This document shows, in pieces, positions 11,561 through 24,580 of a DNA stretch of 64,000 nucleotides. Each line of letters opens with the position of its first letter. Position 1 is the first letter of the stretch. Location of the stretch: the NCBI RefSeq assembly GCF_036971445.1, contig NC_091470.1, positions 357,988,001 through 358,052,000 of the forward strand. Reading direction: 5' to 3'. The notes beneath the pieces are model-generated. The model was given only the letters and a program-made list of their open reading frames with translations, was not told where the DNA came from and ran no database searches. Origin of the DNA: Narcine bancroftii (lineage: Eukaryota). The translations under genes and the position numbers were made by a program.

Positions 11561-13328
11561 TGTAGGTCCACTGGAAAATGGGAACGGTGAACTATGTGAG
11601 GAACTGTATGAAACAGGAGAGATATTGAATGATTTTTTTCTCATCTGTATTCACAAGGAAAAGGGACATTGGACTCTGTGAGATAAATGAGGCAAATGGC
11701 TTAGTTATGGAAAGGATAGGGATTAGTAAAGAGAGGGCTTTGGAGCTTCTAGGGTCAATAAAGATGGATAAGTCTCCTGGTCCTGATGAGAATTTTCCCA
11801 GGATGTTAAAGGAGGTCAGGGAGAAAATAGCGGGGGCTCCAACAGTGATTTTTCAATGATCACTGGAGGAGGGTGTGGTGCCGTAGGATTGGAGGGTTGA
11901 AAATGTAGTTCAGTTATTTAAAAAAGACACAAGGTGCAGGCCATGTAATTATCGGCCAGTAAGTATGACTTCGGTTGTGGGGAAAGTTATGGAGGATATT
12001 CTTAGAGATAGTATGTATGAATATCTGGATAGGCAGGGATTGATTAGGAGCACCCAGCATGGGCTTGTGAAGGAAAAGTCATGTTTGACCAATCTTGTTG
12101 AGTTTTTTGAGAGGTGACAAGAAAAGTGGATGAAGGTAGGGCAGTTGATGTGATCTATTTGAGTTTTAGTAAGGCTTTTGTAAGGTTCCACATGTAAGCT
12201 TAGTAAGGAAGGTTCAGTTACCAGGGATTGATAGAAAGGTAGTGAGATGGGTTCAGAGGTGGCTGGAAGATAGACACCAGAGAGTCATGGTGGACAAATG
12301 TCTGTCAGGAAGGAAGCTTGTGATGAACGGTGTGCCTCAGGGATTGGTGCTGGGTCCCCTGTGGTTTATCATTTATATTAATGTTTCGGAGAAGTGGGTA
12401 AGCAAATATGCAGACGATACAAAAAATAGGGGGAGTGGTGGATAGTGAGGAAGGTTTTCTTGGATTACAGAAGGATTTGGTTTGTTTGGAAAAGTGGGCT
12501 GAGAGATGGCAGATGGAATTCAAGGTAAACAAGTGCGAGGTGCTGCAATTTGGAAAAAATTAACCAAAAAAGGACATATGCAGTTAAGGGGAGGGCATTG
12601 AGGTATGCAGAGGAACAGAGGGATCTTGGAGTTATGGTACAGACTTCACTGAAGGTGGATTCCCATGTAGACAGGGTAGTTAAGAAGGCATATGGTATGC
12701 TGGCCTTCATAAATCATAGAATAGAGTATAGGAGCTGGGAGGTGATGCTGTGACTATTTAAGGCATTGGTGAGGCCAGGTTTGGAGAACTGTACTCAGTT
12801 CTGGTCTCCAAATAATAGAAATGATATAGATAAGGTGGAGAGGGTGCAGAGAAGATTTACAAAGATGTTGCCTGGCTTACAGCATCTAGAGTACGGAGAA
12901 AGATTAAGGAGGCTGGGACTTTATTAATTGGAATGCAGACGGATGGGAGGGGATTTGATAGAGGTATTTAAAATTATGAAGGGAATAGATAGACTAGACG
13001 TGAGTAGACTCTTTCCCCTGAGGGCAGGGGAGGTTGGAACAAGAGGCCATGAATTAAGGGTAGGGGGCAAAACTTTAGGAGAAATGTTAGAGGGTGCTTC
13101 TTCACTCAGAGAGTGGTGGCTGAGTGGAATGATCTTCCAGAGGAGATAGTTGCAGCAGGGTCCTTTCTGTCATTCAAGAGAAGGTTGGATGTGTACATGG
13201 ATATGAGGGGAATGGAGGGTTATGGGCACAGAGTGGGAGGGAGGAAACTAGTGGAGTTGTTCAAGTGAACTGGCGTGGACTCGAAGGGCCAATATGGCCT
13301 GTTTCTGTGCTGTAAACGGTTATATGGA
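11561..13328 (+). mobile_element. 5'-truncated CR1 LINE nested antisense in another CR1
   Basis: DKSPGPD, GVPQGLVLGP, SKYADDTK, GDLIEVFKIMKGIDR; (GGTTATAT)-type tail; TATGGA present at both junctions. Confidence 0.9.
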
Positions 13329-14905
13329 ATCCAAGATCAGTCTGTTCATCCACGCTCTTAATTAACCAACCGTTAACCCTGTACTCAGCTTTTCAATTTG
13401 TCCTGCCAAAATGCATCATCTCACACTTGTCCGGGTTGAACTCCATTTGGCATTTTTCTGTTCAACACTGCATCCTGTCTCTTGCAACCTCTGACAACCT
13501 TCAGCTCCATCTACAATTCCTCCAATCTTCGTGTCATCCTGCAAACTTACCCAATCTTCTGTGTCATCATGCAGATCATTTATAAAAATCACAAAGAGCA
13601 AGGGACCAAGAACTGATCCCCGTGGCCCTCTACTAGTCAATGCAGAGTATCTCCTTTCCACCACTACCCTCTGTCTTCTTCCTGCAAGGCAATTTTTTTA
13701 TTCAGACAGCCAAGGTTCCACTGATCCCATGCCTCTTGACTATCCAGATGAGTCTCTCATGGGGGACCTTATCAACCGTCTTTCTGAAATCCGTAGACCA
13801 CATCTACTGCCCTACCCTCATCAATTTCTTTCGTCACTTCCTCAAAGAATTCAAATAGGTTTGTGAGGTATAACCTTCCCTTTACAAAGCCAAGCTGACT
13901 ATTCTTGTCTCAATTATACCTCTCCAAATGCTGGTAGATTCTATCCTTAAGAATCCTTTCCAATAGTTTACACACCACTGACGTGAGACTCACTGGACTA
14001 TAATTCCAAGGAATCTCCTTATTACCTTTTCTTTAAAATAAATGGACTACATTTGCCATTTTCCAATCCTCTGGCACCTCCTCCATAGTCAAAGAGGATT
14101 CAAAAAACCATAGCTTATGCTCCCGCAATTTCTTCTCTTACCTCCCACAGCAACCAAGGGTATATTTCATCCGGCCCTGGGGACTTATCAATCTTGATGG
14201 TATTTAGAAGATCTAACACTTCCTCTTCCATAATCACCACATTTTCTAACTCATAGACTTGCTCTATTTGGACTTCATCCTGATCAAGGTCCTTTTCTCT
14301 TGTAAATACTGACACAAAGTATTCATTCATGACCTCCCTAACCTCCTCCACTTCTAGGAACATTGCCTCTTTTATCTTTTAGTTGCCCTACCTTCACTTT
14401 CGTCATCTTTCTTTCTACATATGCACAGAGCATCTTGGGGTTATCCTTAATCTAACCTCACAAGAATTTTTCATGCTCCCTTTGGGCTCTCCTAATTTCC
14501 TTCTTTTTAAGCTTGATTACATCATCTTACGTTGTCTTGATGCCTTCAACAACATGTTAGACAAATTACTATTGTAGACAACATTGTTTTTGTGATTTTA
14601 TTTCTAAATATATTCAAGTAATGTGTTTATGACTTGGGATTCTGAAATTGCCTGAGTTCTAGGCTCAGGTGATTTGGACAGATTTATGGAGAGGAAGGGC
14701 TTAGAAGGATGTGGACCAAATGCAGGGAAATGGGACTAGTCCAGAATGCCAGCTGGGTTGTCATGGACGTGTTGGGCCAAAGGGACATTTCTGCATGGTG
14801 TGACTATGATTGTAGGGCTGTGATTTTACAGGGCGCTTTCATGGCGGGAACTGACAAACATGGAGATTAACAGTGTGAATTGTCAACCATTAACATCCAC
14901 TTTAC

Positions 14906-15078
14906 CTTTGAATAGACCAAGCAACTACAATAGAGACTGACGAGGTGTTATCATTCAATCCTTCGATCATCTTAGATCGACTTGGAGGACTGATGGTCCA
15001 AAGGGAATTCGAATTTCCTTCAAGTTTTGCAACCACAATGTCTTCTTTCATGTAGGCCTCCAGGAACTGCAGTGCACC
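14906..15078 (-). CDS. PIEZO2: PIEZO2 exon 11 (173 nt), cap domain: GALQFLEAYMKEDIVVAKLEGNSNSLWTISPPS...VVAWSIQR
   Basis: Acceptor tgtttccaaAG, donor AG/GTaaag; phase 0-2. Confidence 0.95.
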
Positions 15079-15607
15079 CTTTGGAAACAGAGAATTTTTT
15101 TTAGCCCATCAGTGTTGTGAGAATTTCACCTCAAGGAACTCCATTCCCAGTTTGAATTTAACTTGCACTGTTTTAAGATTAATCTGAATCTCTCTCAAAG
15201 GTTCTCGTCTATATTCACAAGTCCAGGTGTGAGCTCAAGGACGGTGGCTGGGTGTACAAGGCAAATTTAAAGACACGGTTGCAAGATTCAGCTGTTTAAC
15301 AATATTTAGACATAAAGCATGCTAAAAGGTCTCTTTGGCCCATGCCACCCTATTAACCCACATCCCCAGTATGTTTTGAATGGTTGGAGGAACTGATGCA
15401 GACACGGGAACCCTAGTGGCTGGCGCTGAAACAGCATTGTGCTAACTGTTATGTTACATGCCACCCTGTAATGAGGTGATGGGACGCGGAAGATCAAATT
15501 ATGGAAGAGAGAGAGAGACTGAGGCTGTTGACAAACAGTTTTGAACTCCTCTGTGATCATCGTTAGACACTACAGGTTAGGCATTGAGAAAGCTTGTAAT
15601 TTGAGGC

Positions 15608-16623
15608 TGTGATATGTTTTTGGGAGATAAATTGGGGCAGGCATTTTTTTAGTTTAGGTCACATACAAACATTTCAAAACAGATCTCATTTAAAATACTG
15701 GAGCTCTGTTCATGCTAGACAGGCCGGCTTCAAGAGCCTTTGCAAAAACTTTGGAGAGTGCCCAAGAGACTTCACTAATGGATTGTTGTTTACAGAAAGG
15801 CAAAAGATGAAAGAACTCATTGGAGCCGCTAGCTGTCTGGAGTGGAACTTGAGGGTCTTGTGGTTTTGTAAGCAGAGAGAGAAAAACAGGCTTTTCTCTG
15901 AGTGAGTGAGTGAGTGAGAGAGAGAGAGAATTCAGTTCTGAAGTGTTACAGTCAGCAGCAGGAGCTGGGACTGGAACAGGACAAGCTGGAAAGCTTGTGG
16001 AAAACCCCATTTGGAAGATGGGTTGTGAGTGCTTAGTTCAGCCTGGTCAAAGCCCTTATGGTTCATGCAAGAGGAGAGAACTGGCTGCCTAATGTTTCAC
16101 TTGAAATAAGGGAAACAAAAAGGAACTCTGTAGTGACCTGAAAGAAGGAGGCTATCATCTGGAAAACCCTGATGGGACAAGTTTCTTCGGCAAGACACTG
16201 AAGTGGCTAATTAAAAGGAATCCATTGTGGGTGTCCAGTGAACAACAAATCTCTCTCTGAAAACTGACAAGAACCTTCCTGAGTTATTACCATTTACCTT
16301 TCAAGCACCAAGGCCTGGTGAACTTTATACATGTTAAATTCTGTGCACAGTATAAAAATTGCCTGCAACCAGTAAACGGAGGAATGAGAAGTGATATTGG
16401 ACTGTGAATCAAAGAACATTTCTGAACTTACACATACATTACATACATGTACACTTACAATTAGAAGGGGGTTAAGTTGGGTTAGTTAAGTTAATAGTGA
16501 TAAGTTAAAATGTGATTCTGTTTCATGTTTAAAGATAATTAAAAGCAACTTTTGTTTAAGTAACCATTTGTTTTGGTGAATATCTATTGCTGCTTGGTTT
16601 TGGGGTCCTCTGGGCTCGTAACA
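15608..16623 (+). mobile_element. Long solo LTR (~1.0 kb), probably Gypsy-type
   Basis: TGTGATA...CGTAACA termini, ATTAAA about 80 nt before the end, internal (GAGT)n(GA)n tract, near-TSD aggc/aggt; left boundary less certain. Confidence 0.65.
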
Positions 16624-17064
16624 AGGTACTCAATGATGTCATCTGTTAGGTTAGCACCGCATGGCGCTTGCAAAAACTGGTAGAGGGAAATTTCAGGATC
16701 ATTATTTATTACAGTTGCTATTATCCCAGTGCAAGTACAAGACCACAGTGTCTTTCTGGCACAACACAGTGTGCAGCATTTGTACTCTGTGGTACCACAC
16801 CAGTAGATACCAGATCTGGTGCTAATTTAAATCGGAAAAGGTAATGCAGATTCCTGATCATTCCAGCATCTCATCTTTCATTGCAGACTAGGTACAAACA
16901 TTCCAGGACAACAGATGTTCAGGGAAGTGAAGCTATACACAATCCTGTGACTCCACCATCCCTGAAAATACCCGCATCACCAACACTTCAACAGATTGGT
17001 TATCTTTCACTGTCGGTGATAATGAATTAATTGTCATACACAATATGCAAAAAATTCTTACTTT

Positions 17065-17345
17065 TTAATAAACAATACGGTGGAAGTTGATTCTGGCCAT
17101 TTAAACCTGTGCTGCCCAGTAACCCCAAAATAACCTACAACCCCGTACATTTTGGAGAAAGCCCATGCACGCAGCGGGAGAACGTACAAACTCTTTACAG
17201 GGAGCACTGGGTTCAAATCCGGCATTGTCTGCAAAGTGTTTGTACATTCTCCCCATGTCTCATTGGATTTCACCCGGGGGTTCCGGTTTGATCCCACCAT
17301 TCAAAACGTAGGTCAATTGGGTGAAATCGAGCGGCACGGGTTTAG
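17065..17345. mobile_element. Head-to-head fusion of two V-SINE halves
   Basis: Minus-strand SINE body runs to the B box (GGGTTCAAATCC, about 17208-17220), then a plus-strand SINE body follows. Confidence 0.75.
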
Positions 17346-17449
17346 GCTACTACAAAGTTGTAAAGAAAAATGATAACAGTAAGCTAATTGAATGTAATTA
17401 AAAGAAACAATTCGTCAGATAGATCAGAAATATTCACAGTAATTCAAGT

Positions 17450-17750
17450 GCGGACCTTGTGACTTGTATCAGTGTGAACAATCCTGTCGTGCTGTCAGTA
17501 CAGTCCATGAGTAGTCAACTAACGAGAAGTTCAAGAGTCTGATCGCTGTTGGAAAGAAACTGTTCTTCAACCTGGAGGTACTGGTTTTCAGGCATCTGTA
17601 CCTTCTACCTGAAAGGAGCAGCGAGAAGATGTTTTGACCAGGGTGATGGGGGTCCTTCTTGTGGCAGCATCTCACGTGGATGTCTGCAATGGATGGAAGG
17701 TCAGAGCCTGTGATGTACCTGGCTATGTTTGCCATCTTCTGCAGACTTTT
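17450..17750 (-). mobile_element. Rex1/Babar LINE 3' end
   Basis: KDPHHPGQNIFSLLLSGRRYRCLKTSTSRLKNSFFPTAIRLLN. Confidence 0.88.
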
Positions 17751-18204
17751 GCATCCCATCTGGTTCTGGCAAGAGAAGATGGAATGCCTCATCTGGTCCT
17801 TCCTCACCTGGCTTCCTTTTCCTCCAAACAAATTGACTTTGGGGATCTATATTTAAAACACGGCCAGCCAATAAGCTGAAAACAGATCACCGAGGCCATG
17901 TGCCTGGGCTCACAGCAAGTAATGTCACCTCAAAGTCAGCAAGCAGTCTATTTAAAGAACAAAGGAAACAAAAGGTGCAGCTACATTTGTAATATCTTCC
18001 CCAATCAAGGCAATTAATATGCAAATTAGGTGTAGAAACTCTATGTCACTTGACTCATTGCATCTCAGAGGCTTGAATGACAGGAGGAATACCCAATCTT
18101 TTCAACTCCTGCTGAGAAAAACATTGCCACTATATACAGTCCATTTCAAAATTCTTCAGTGCTAATTTGAGGAGCTAAAATATTCTCCATTTATTTATTT
18201 TTCT

Positions 18205-18435
18205 ATTTGTTTGTTTACAACACGGTAGAAGCTGATTCCAGTCCATGCAACCCACGCCACCCAATTGCGCCCAATTAACCTACTGACCCTGTACAATTTG
18301 GTGGGTGGGAGGAAACCAGAGCACCCAGGGAAAACTCCACGCAGGTCACAAAGAACGTAGATGGTGCTGGATTTGAACCCAGGTCACCGGCACTGCAACA
18401 GCATTGTGTTAACCTCAACACTAACCATACCGCTG
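18205..18435 (-). mobile_element. V-SINE copy (further copies at about 15300-15465, 36390-36605, 38525-38725, 39250-39483, 49720-49840, 55900-56210, 56815-57010)
   Basis: tRNA-like A/B boxes plus GGGTTTCC..CCGGTTTCCTCCCAC core and CR1-like 3' end. Confidence 0.8.
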
Positions 18436-19466
18436 GCATGAAGGTTACTGAAAGTCAAATGTAAACTTCTCTCCCTTCCATGGACAACAGCTACACTCCC
18501 AGACACACTCTCTCTCCTCTCACCAGCAGGCTTAAAGACAGTTTTTTCTCCACAGTCATTAGGCTCCTGAATGAACCCCATAGCAGTAGTCTCATGCTGC
18601 ACTTTCTTGGTGCAATTAATCTTCTTTTTCATTATAATCCAACACTCTGTAATTGTACTCTTTTCAATTGCACTCTGTCCTATTAGTCTGCTCACAGAAG
18701 GACGCTTCTCCAGCACTTTTGTGTTTTTCATTAAAACTTGAAGTGGTCTGCTCATGTAGAGTTGCAACCTCATCACTGATGCTACCAAGAATGGAAGGTC
18801 GAAGAATGTAAGGTGGATCCAGGAAAGAAAATGAAGTTCTGGCTGAGATCAGAGAGGGGAAGCAAGTGAGGGCATTCTCATTGAACTTTACCCAGCAACT
18901 CAGGCAAATGACAAAGATAGGGGTCCAAATCAGAGACAAAATTTGGAAACTGATCAGGGAGAATGACAAATAGTGAAGGGAATACAAAGCCAGTGACTCA
19001 AATTTAGATTAAACTGGGAGTCGTACATGATGCTTGGACCATCATGTGACTAGGTGATTGTGAAGTGAGTGGTCATTTAGAGAGATAGAAAACATCATCC
19101 AGAAGCCATGGAGAGAGGACAAGGCACGAGTCAGCAATCTAGATCATGGTGCATCGGATCACCTGACCTTTGCCCAACGCGTATAATTTTCATTCATTCA
19201 GTGTCAATGGATTGATAATTGCTGGATGGACACAGAGGTGGGCAACTCCTTCTGCTGGGTTAGCAGGCAAGAAAAATCTACTACAAAGCAAAACAGCACA
19301 GATGCCGGAAATCTGAAATGAAAACAGAGAATGTTGGCAATACTCAATACCTGTGGAGAGAGAAACAGTTAATGATTCAGGTCCTTTCATCAGAATGTGC
19401 TTGATAGAAAGATCTACCCTTTGGTTTCCACAAATGTTATGCAAGGACAATTCAGTAATTACTTAC

Positions 19467-19559
19467 AGATTGATCATGAAATTCCTTTAAAAGTCTGTTG
19501 TATTGAGTTTGATCGAAAACTTGGAGCTGGTTCTGCTGGGCACTCATTGTAAAGATGGG
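19467..19559 (-). CDS. PIEZO2: PIEZO2 exon 10 (93 nt), cap domain: PIFTMSAQQNQLQVFDQTQYNRLLKEFHDQS
   Basis: Acceptor tttcttttcaAG, donor TCT/GTaagt; phase 0-0. Confidence 0.94.
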
Positions 19560-20116
19560 CTTGAAAAGAAATAGAAACTTACATTACAAATGCACTGCAT
19601 CAGAGCGAAACATAGTCATAGTTTTGTGTCTTCAGGAGGTAAAACCGTTTGTAAGCAATTTATACAGAGTCAGGAACAGACCATAAGGAAAAGTGGAGCT
19701 ATGGTGTTTTAAAAAAAAAGAAAATCCAGATGCTGGGGTTGAGTGCAATACACAAAAGTACTGAAGAAACTCAGCAGGGTCACGCACCATCCATAGGACA
19801 CAGTCGACATTTCGGGCCTCAGCCCTTTGTCGGCAATGTACCAGCAACTCCCTCCTACCCATGTCTGTGGACTTTTCATTTCCACCCACACCTAGACAAA
19901 AATGTCTCCTCTTTCCAGTGTGAGATTCGCCTGTGAGATGCAGTTGCCAAACAGATTTACGTCAGAAGGTCAGTTATGAGAACTCCGATGATGAGGCAAA
20001 TCACAGCGGGCTTTTCAATGAGGGTGTGGGCAGTCCATTTATATCCCTGAGCTGTGTTCAAGGTGACCAGCTGTACTCTCTGGCTGCATGGTTGTGGGTT
20101 ATGGCAGCATCTACAG

Positions 20117-20473
20117 CAGTGGTTTTCAAACTGCCCCCCTAAGTAATCCCTATGCCATAAATTCTCTGTGATTAGTAAGGGATTGCTTAAGGTGGTATGT
20201 GAGTGGGAGGAAAAAGTTTGAAAACCACTGTTTTAATTGGACCTAATTGACTCGTCATGTGCACGGTTTCATAACTCCAAAGGAAATGGGCCAATGACAA
20301 TTTTTCTCAAGCAACATATTTCGGTAACAATTGGGTCTAGAGCAGTGATTCTCAACCTACCCTTCCCACTCACATACCACCTTAAGCAATCCCTTACTAA
20401 TCACAGAGCACCGATGGCAAAGGGATTACTTAAGGTGGAATCTGAGTTGGGGGGTGCAGTTTGTAAACCACTG
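20117..20473. mobile_element. hAT (Charlie-like) composite MITE, copy 2
   Basis: CAGTGGTTTTCAAAC...GTTTGTAAACCACTG; 8-bp TSD atctacag/atctatag; inserted in a Penelope-derived repeat (GCAGCATCTA | TAGGAAGTAAAG). Confidence 0.88.
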
Positions 20474-20731
20474 ATCTATAGGAAGTAAAGTCCAGCTTTT
20501 CAGGCCTGGGTCCTTTGTCGAGTATAAGCAAAAACAGGCAGGAACCTAGGAAAGGCCCTGACCCAAAACATTGGTTACCCTTTACTTCCTATCCATGCTG
20601 CATGACCTGCTGAGTTTGTCCGGTGCGTTGATGTATTGCAACGAACCTATGTTGACATTTACACGTGACATAACCCTTCTATTGTGCCCGTCAAACAAAA
20701 GGGAAATTTTGAAGCTTCCTGAGTGAAGACT

Positions 20732-22910
20732 AGAACATAGAACACTGCAGCTCAGTACAGGCCCTTCAGCCCTCGATGGTGTGCCGACCCATAACTTCCT
20801 TGAAAAGATAGTACTAAACCCTCCCTTCCCTGTAACCCTCTATTTTGTTTCCATCCATGTGCCTGTCTAAGAGCCTCTTAAATGTCCCTAATGTTTCAGC
20901 CTTCACCACCATCCCTGGCAAGAAAATCCAGGCAACCACAACTCTCTGTGTAAAAAACTTACCCTTGATGTCTCCCCTAAATTTCGCTCCCTTCACTTTG
21001 TGCACATGCCCTCTGGTGTTTGCTATTTGTGCCCTGGGAAATAGGTGCTGGCTCTCATAATCTTATAGACCTCCATTAAGTCTCCTTTCATCTTTCTATG
21101 CTCCAAAAAGTCCTAGCTCTGTTAACTTTGCCTCATAAGACGCAACATCCCGGTAAATCTCCTCTTCACCCTCTCCATAGCTTCCATATCCTTCCTATAA
21201 TGAGGTGACCAGAACTAAACACAATACTTCTAAATGTGGTCTCACCAGAGATTCATAGAGTTGCAACATGACCTCTCTCTCCTGAACTCAATCCCCCTAT
21301 TAATGAAGCCCAGCATCTCATTGGCCTTCTTAACTATTCTATCAACCTTGAGGGATGCATAGATTTGGACTCTGGGGTCCCTCTGTTCATCCATACTTTT
21401 AAGTAACTGACTCAGCCTTCTGGTTTGTCCTAGCATTATAAGAATTTGTCTTCTTAATGTAATATGTCTCCCCAATCAGGAAGATATCTGAATAGGCAAT
21501 GTGGTATCTTCCAACTTTCTCCCTTTAACTTTTCCTTCTTTGTCCAGGAAGAAGACTGGAAGCTAATGGCAATTCTGTGAAAAAGGAGATTTGAAATACA
21601 TAGGGGGTGAAGGTGGCCTTCATCTGACAGGGCATTGAGTACAGGGGCAGAGAAGTCATATTACAATTGGGCCAGAGTTTGGTGAGTCAAAACACAGTAA
21701 GTGCTGGACAAACTAAACCAGTCTCGCAGTGTCCATAGGAAGTAAAGATACATTACCAATGTTTCAGGCCTGAGCTCTTCCACTGAACAAATGTATGGAT
21801 GCTGTGAGTCCCACTGAGTTCCTCTAGCATTTCTGTGTTTTAACTACTACCACTGCATCTGCAGAGTTTCGTGTTTCACTCCAGAGTTTGGTGAGCACGC
21901 ACTTGGAATTTTGTGCACAGTTCTGGCCACTCAGCTATGGGAAAGAGATTAGTGAACTGGAAAGATATCGTTAAGATGGAAAGAATGCAGTAAAGATACA
22001 TGAGAATGGTATTGGGATTGGAGGGCTGAGATTGAAGGAGGGGCTGGATAGGCCAAAACTTTTCTCCCTGGAGTGTTAAGGGAGGATCTTACAGAGGGGC
22101 ATAGATGAGGTGAAGGGACATACACTTTTTCCCCATTGCATTGGAAACTAAAACTATAACTCATAGATTTAAGGTGAGAGGTGAAAGATTTAAAAGGGGC
22201 CAAAGGGTTACCCTCTCCACACAGAAATTGGTGGATCCATGAATGAGATGCTAGAGTTAGTGGTAGAAGCATAGATAATTGTATTATTTTAATAAAATTT
22301 AAAGTTACATGGATTGGAAAGGTTTACATTAGAACATTAATAGGGGCAGGAGTAGGCCATCAAGCCTGCTCTGGCAGGGTTGATCTGATGATAGGCTCAT
22401 CACCACCTAACTGCATTTTCCCCATATCCCTTAATTCTCCTACTATGTAAGAATTATCCATCCTTGTCTTAAATATGTTCACGGAGATTGCCTCCACTGT
22501 GTCAATGGGCAGCGAATTCCACAGATTTACTACCCTCTGGGAAAAGCAGTTTCTCCTCATCTTCATCCTAAATCTACTAACATTAAATTTTAAGGCTATA
22601 CCCCGTAGTTGTAGTCTCCCCCACCAATGGGAAAAACTTACCTACTTCTGTCTTATCTATACCTTTCATATTGTTTTACATTTCTATAAGATTCCTTCTC
22701 ATTCTTCTAAATTCAAGCAAGTATCATCCCAGACGACTCAATTTCTCCTCATAGGCCAACCCCCTCATTTCTGGAATCAACCTAGTGAACCTAATCTGGA
22801 CTGTCTCCAAAGCCAGCACATCCTTCCTCAAAAGGGACATGGGTCAAATTCAGACAAATGGGGCTAGCTTAGTCAGCAAGGACAAGTTGGGCTGAGGGGC
22901 TTGTATGCAA
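20732..22910. mobile_element. Cluster of CR1 3' fragments: 20732-21432 (-), 21620-22910 (+) with a nested 22328-22831 (-)
   Basis: FFTQRVVVAWIFLPG, FSQRVVNLWNSLP, MDEQRDPRVQIYASLKV; CR1 tails. Confidence 0.82.
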
Positions 22911-22936
22911 GGAGTAGAGCTCTAGTTACACCTGCA

Positions 22937-24580
22937 TTAGAACCATAAAATGCTACAGCACAGAGAAACAGGCCACTTGGTCCCTCTAGTCTGTGCCAAC
23001 CATCATCTCCCAAGTCCCACTTACCTGCTCCGATTCCATAACCTTCCAGGCCTTTCCCATCCATGTACCAATCCAATTTATTCTTAAAACATGATCAAGC
23101 CCACATTCGCCACATCAGATGGTAGCTCATTCCAAACTCCCGTGACTCTCTGAATGAAGAATTTCCCCCTAATGTTCCCCCTAAACCTCTCCCCCTTCAG
23201 TTCAAAACTATCATATTTATCACCCCCAATCTGTGGAAAAAGCCTGTTTGCATCCACTCTGTCTATACCTTTCAAAATCTTGTAAACCTCTATCAAATCT
23301 CCCCTCATTCTTATTTGTTCCAAGGAATAAAGTCCTAACCTGGCCAATCTTTCCCTATATCTCAACTCCTGAAGACCTGGCAACATCCTAGTAAATCTTC
23401 TCTGCACTCTATCAATCTTATTGATATTCTTTCCATAGTTAGGTGCTCAGAATTGCACACAATATTCTAAATTTGGACTCATCAATGTCTTAAACAACTT
23501 CAACATAACATCCCAACTCCTATATTCAAGAGTTTGATTTATAAAGGCTAAGATTCCAAAAGATTTCTTTATAACCCTGTCCATCTGTGATGCCACCTTC
23601 AGGGAACCATGTATCTGCATTACTAGATCCCTCTGCTCCTCCACACTCCTCAGTGCCTTATCATTAACTGTTTATCTCCAACCTTGGATTGCCTTTCAAA
23701 AATGCATCACTTCATATTTGTCTGCATTAAACTCCATCTGCCATTTCTTGGCCCATTCTCCTAGCTGGTCCAGATCCTCCGCAAGCTTTGAAAATCTTCC
23801 TCGCTGTTCACAATGTCTCCTACCTTTGTGTCGTCAGCAAACCTGCTGATCCATTCCACCACATTATCATCCAGATCATTGATATATACAACAATCAACA
23901 ATGGTCCCAATATGGATCCCTGAGGCACACCATTAGTCACAGGCCTCCAACCTGAGAAGCTACCACCCTCTGTCTTCTCCCACACAGCCAATTTCAAATC
24001 CAGTTTACAACCTCTCCTTGAATACCTTCTGAACTAACTTTCCATGTGGGACCTGCCAAAAGCTTTACTAAAGTCCATGTAGACAATATCCACAGCCTTT
24101 CCCTCTTCTACCTTACTGGTAACCTTCTCAAAAAACTCTATATGATTCATTAAACACAGCCTACCATGCACAAAGCCATGCTGACCATACTTAATCAGCC
24201 CATGGCTGGCCAAATACCTATATATCCTGACTCTCAGAACTCCCTTCAACAATTTACCCACCACTGACGTCAAGCTGACTGGCTAAATATTACCTGGTAT
24301 ATTTTTGGAGCCGTTTTTTAATCAATGGAACAACGGGAGGTACCCTCTAATCCTCTTCCACCTCATCCATGGCTAAGGACATTTTGAGTATATCATCCAG
24401 GTTCCCTGAAATTTCTACACTAATCAAGGCCCAATGAAACATCATATCTGGACCAGGTGATTTATCTACCTTTATTCACTGTAAGGCAGCAAACACCTCT
24501 TCGTCCTTAATCTCCATCAGTCCCATCACTCTTCTATTTGTTTCCCTTCTTTTCTTATGAACTTTGCTCATATATCAGTC
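22937..24580 (-). mobile_element. CR1 LINE ORF2 remnant with 3' end
   Basis: TSVVGKLL..QHGF..YMDFSKAF; GVPQGSILGP..FADDTKVG; LEYCVQF; QRRFTRMLPG. Confidence 0.93.

Larger units (their letters stand above)
10680..14560 (-). mobile_element. CR1 LINE ORF2 remnant hosting two later insertions
   Basis: LYKSLVTPHLEYCVQF..RKDVEAMERVQRRFTRMLPG; GSVLGPLLFVIFINDL; DKSPGPDEIYP. Sequence broken at 11278 and 11560 resumes at 11499 and 13329. Confidence 0.9.

Noticed and set aside
15467-15607. Alternative left end (TGTAATG) for the long solo LTR
   Set aside because: It gives no target-site duplication, whereas 15608 gives aggc/aggt.
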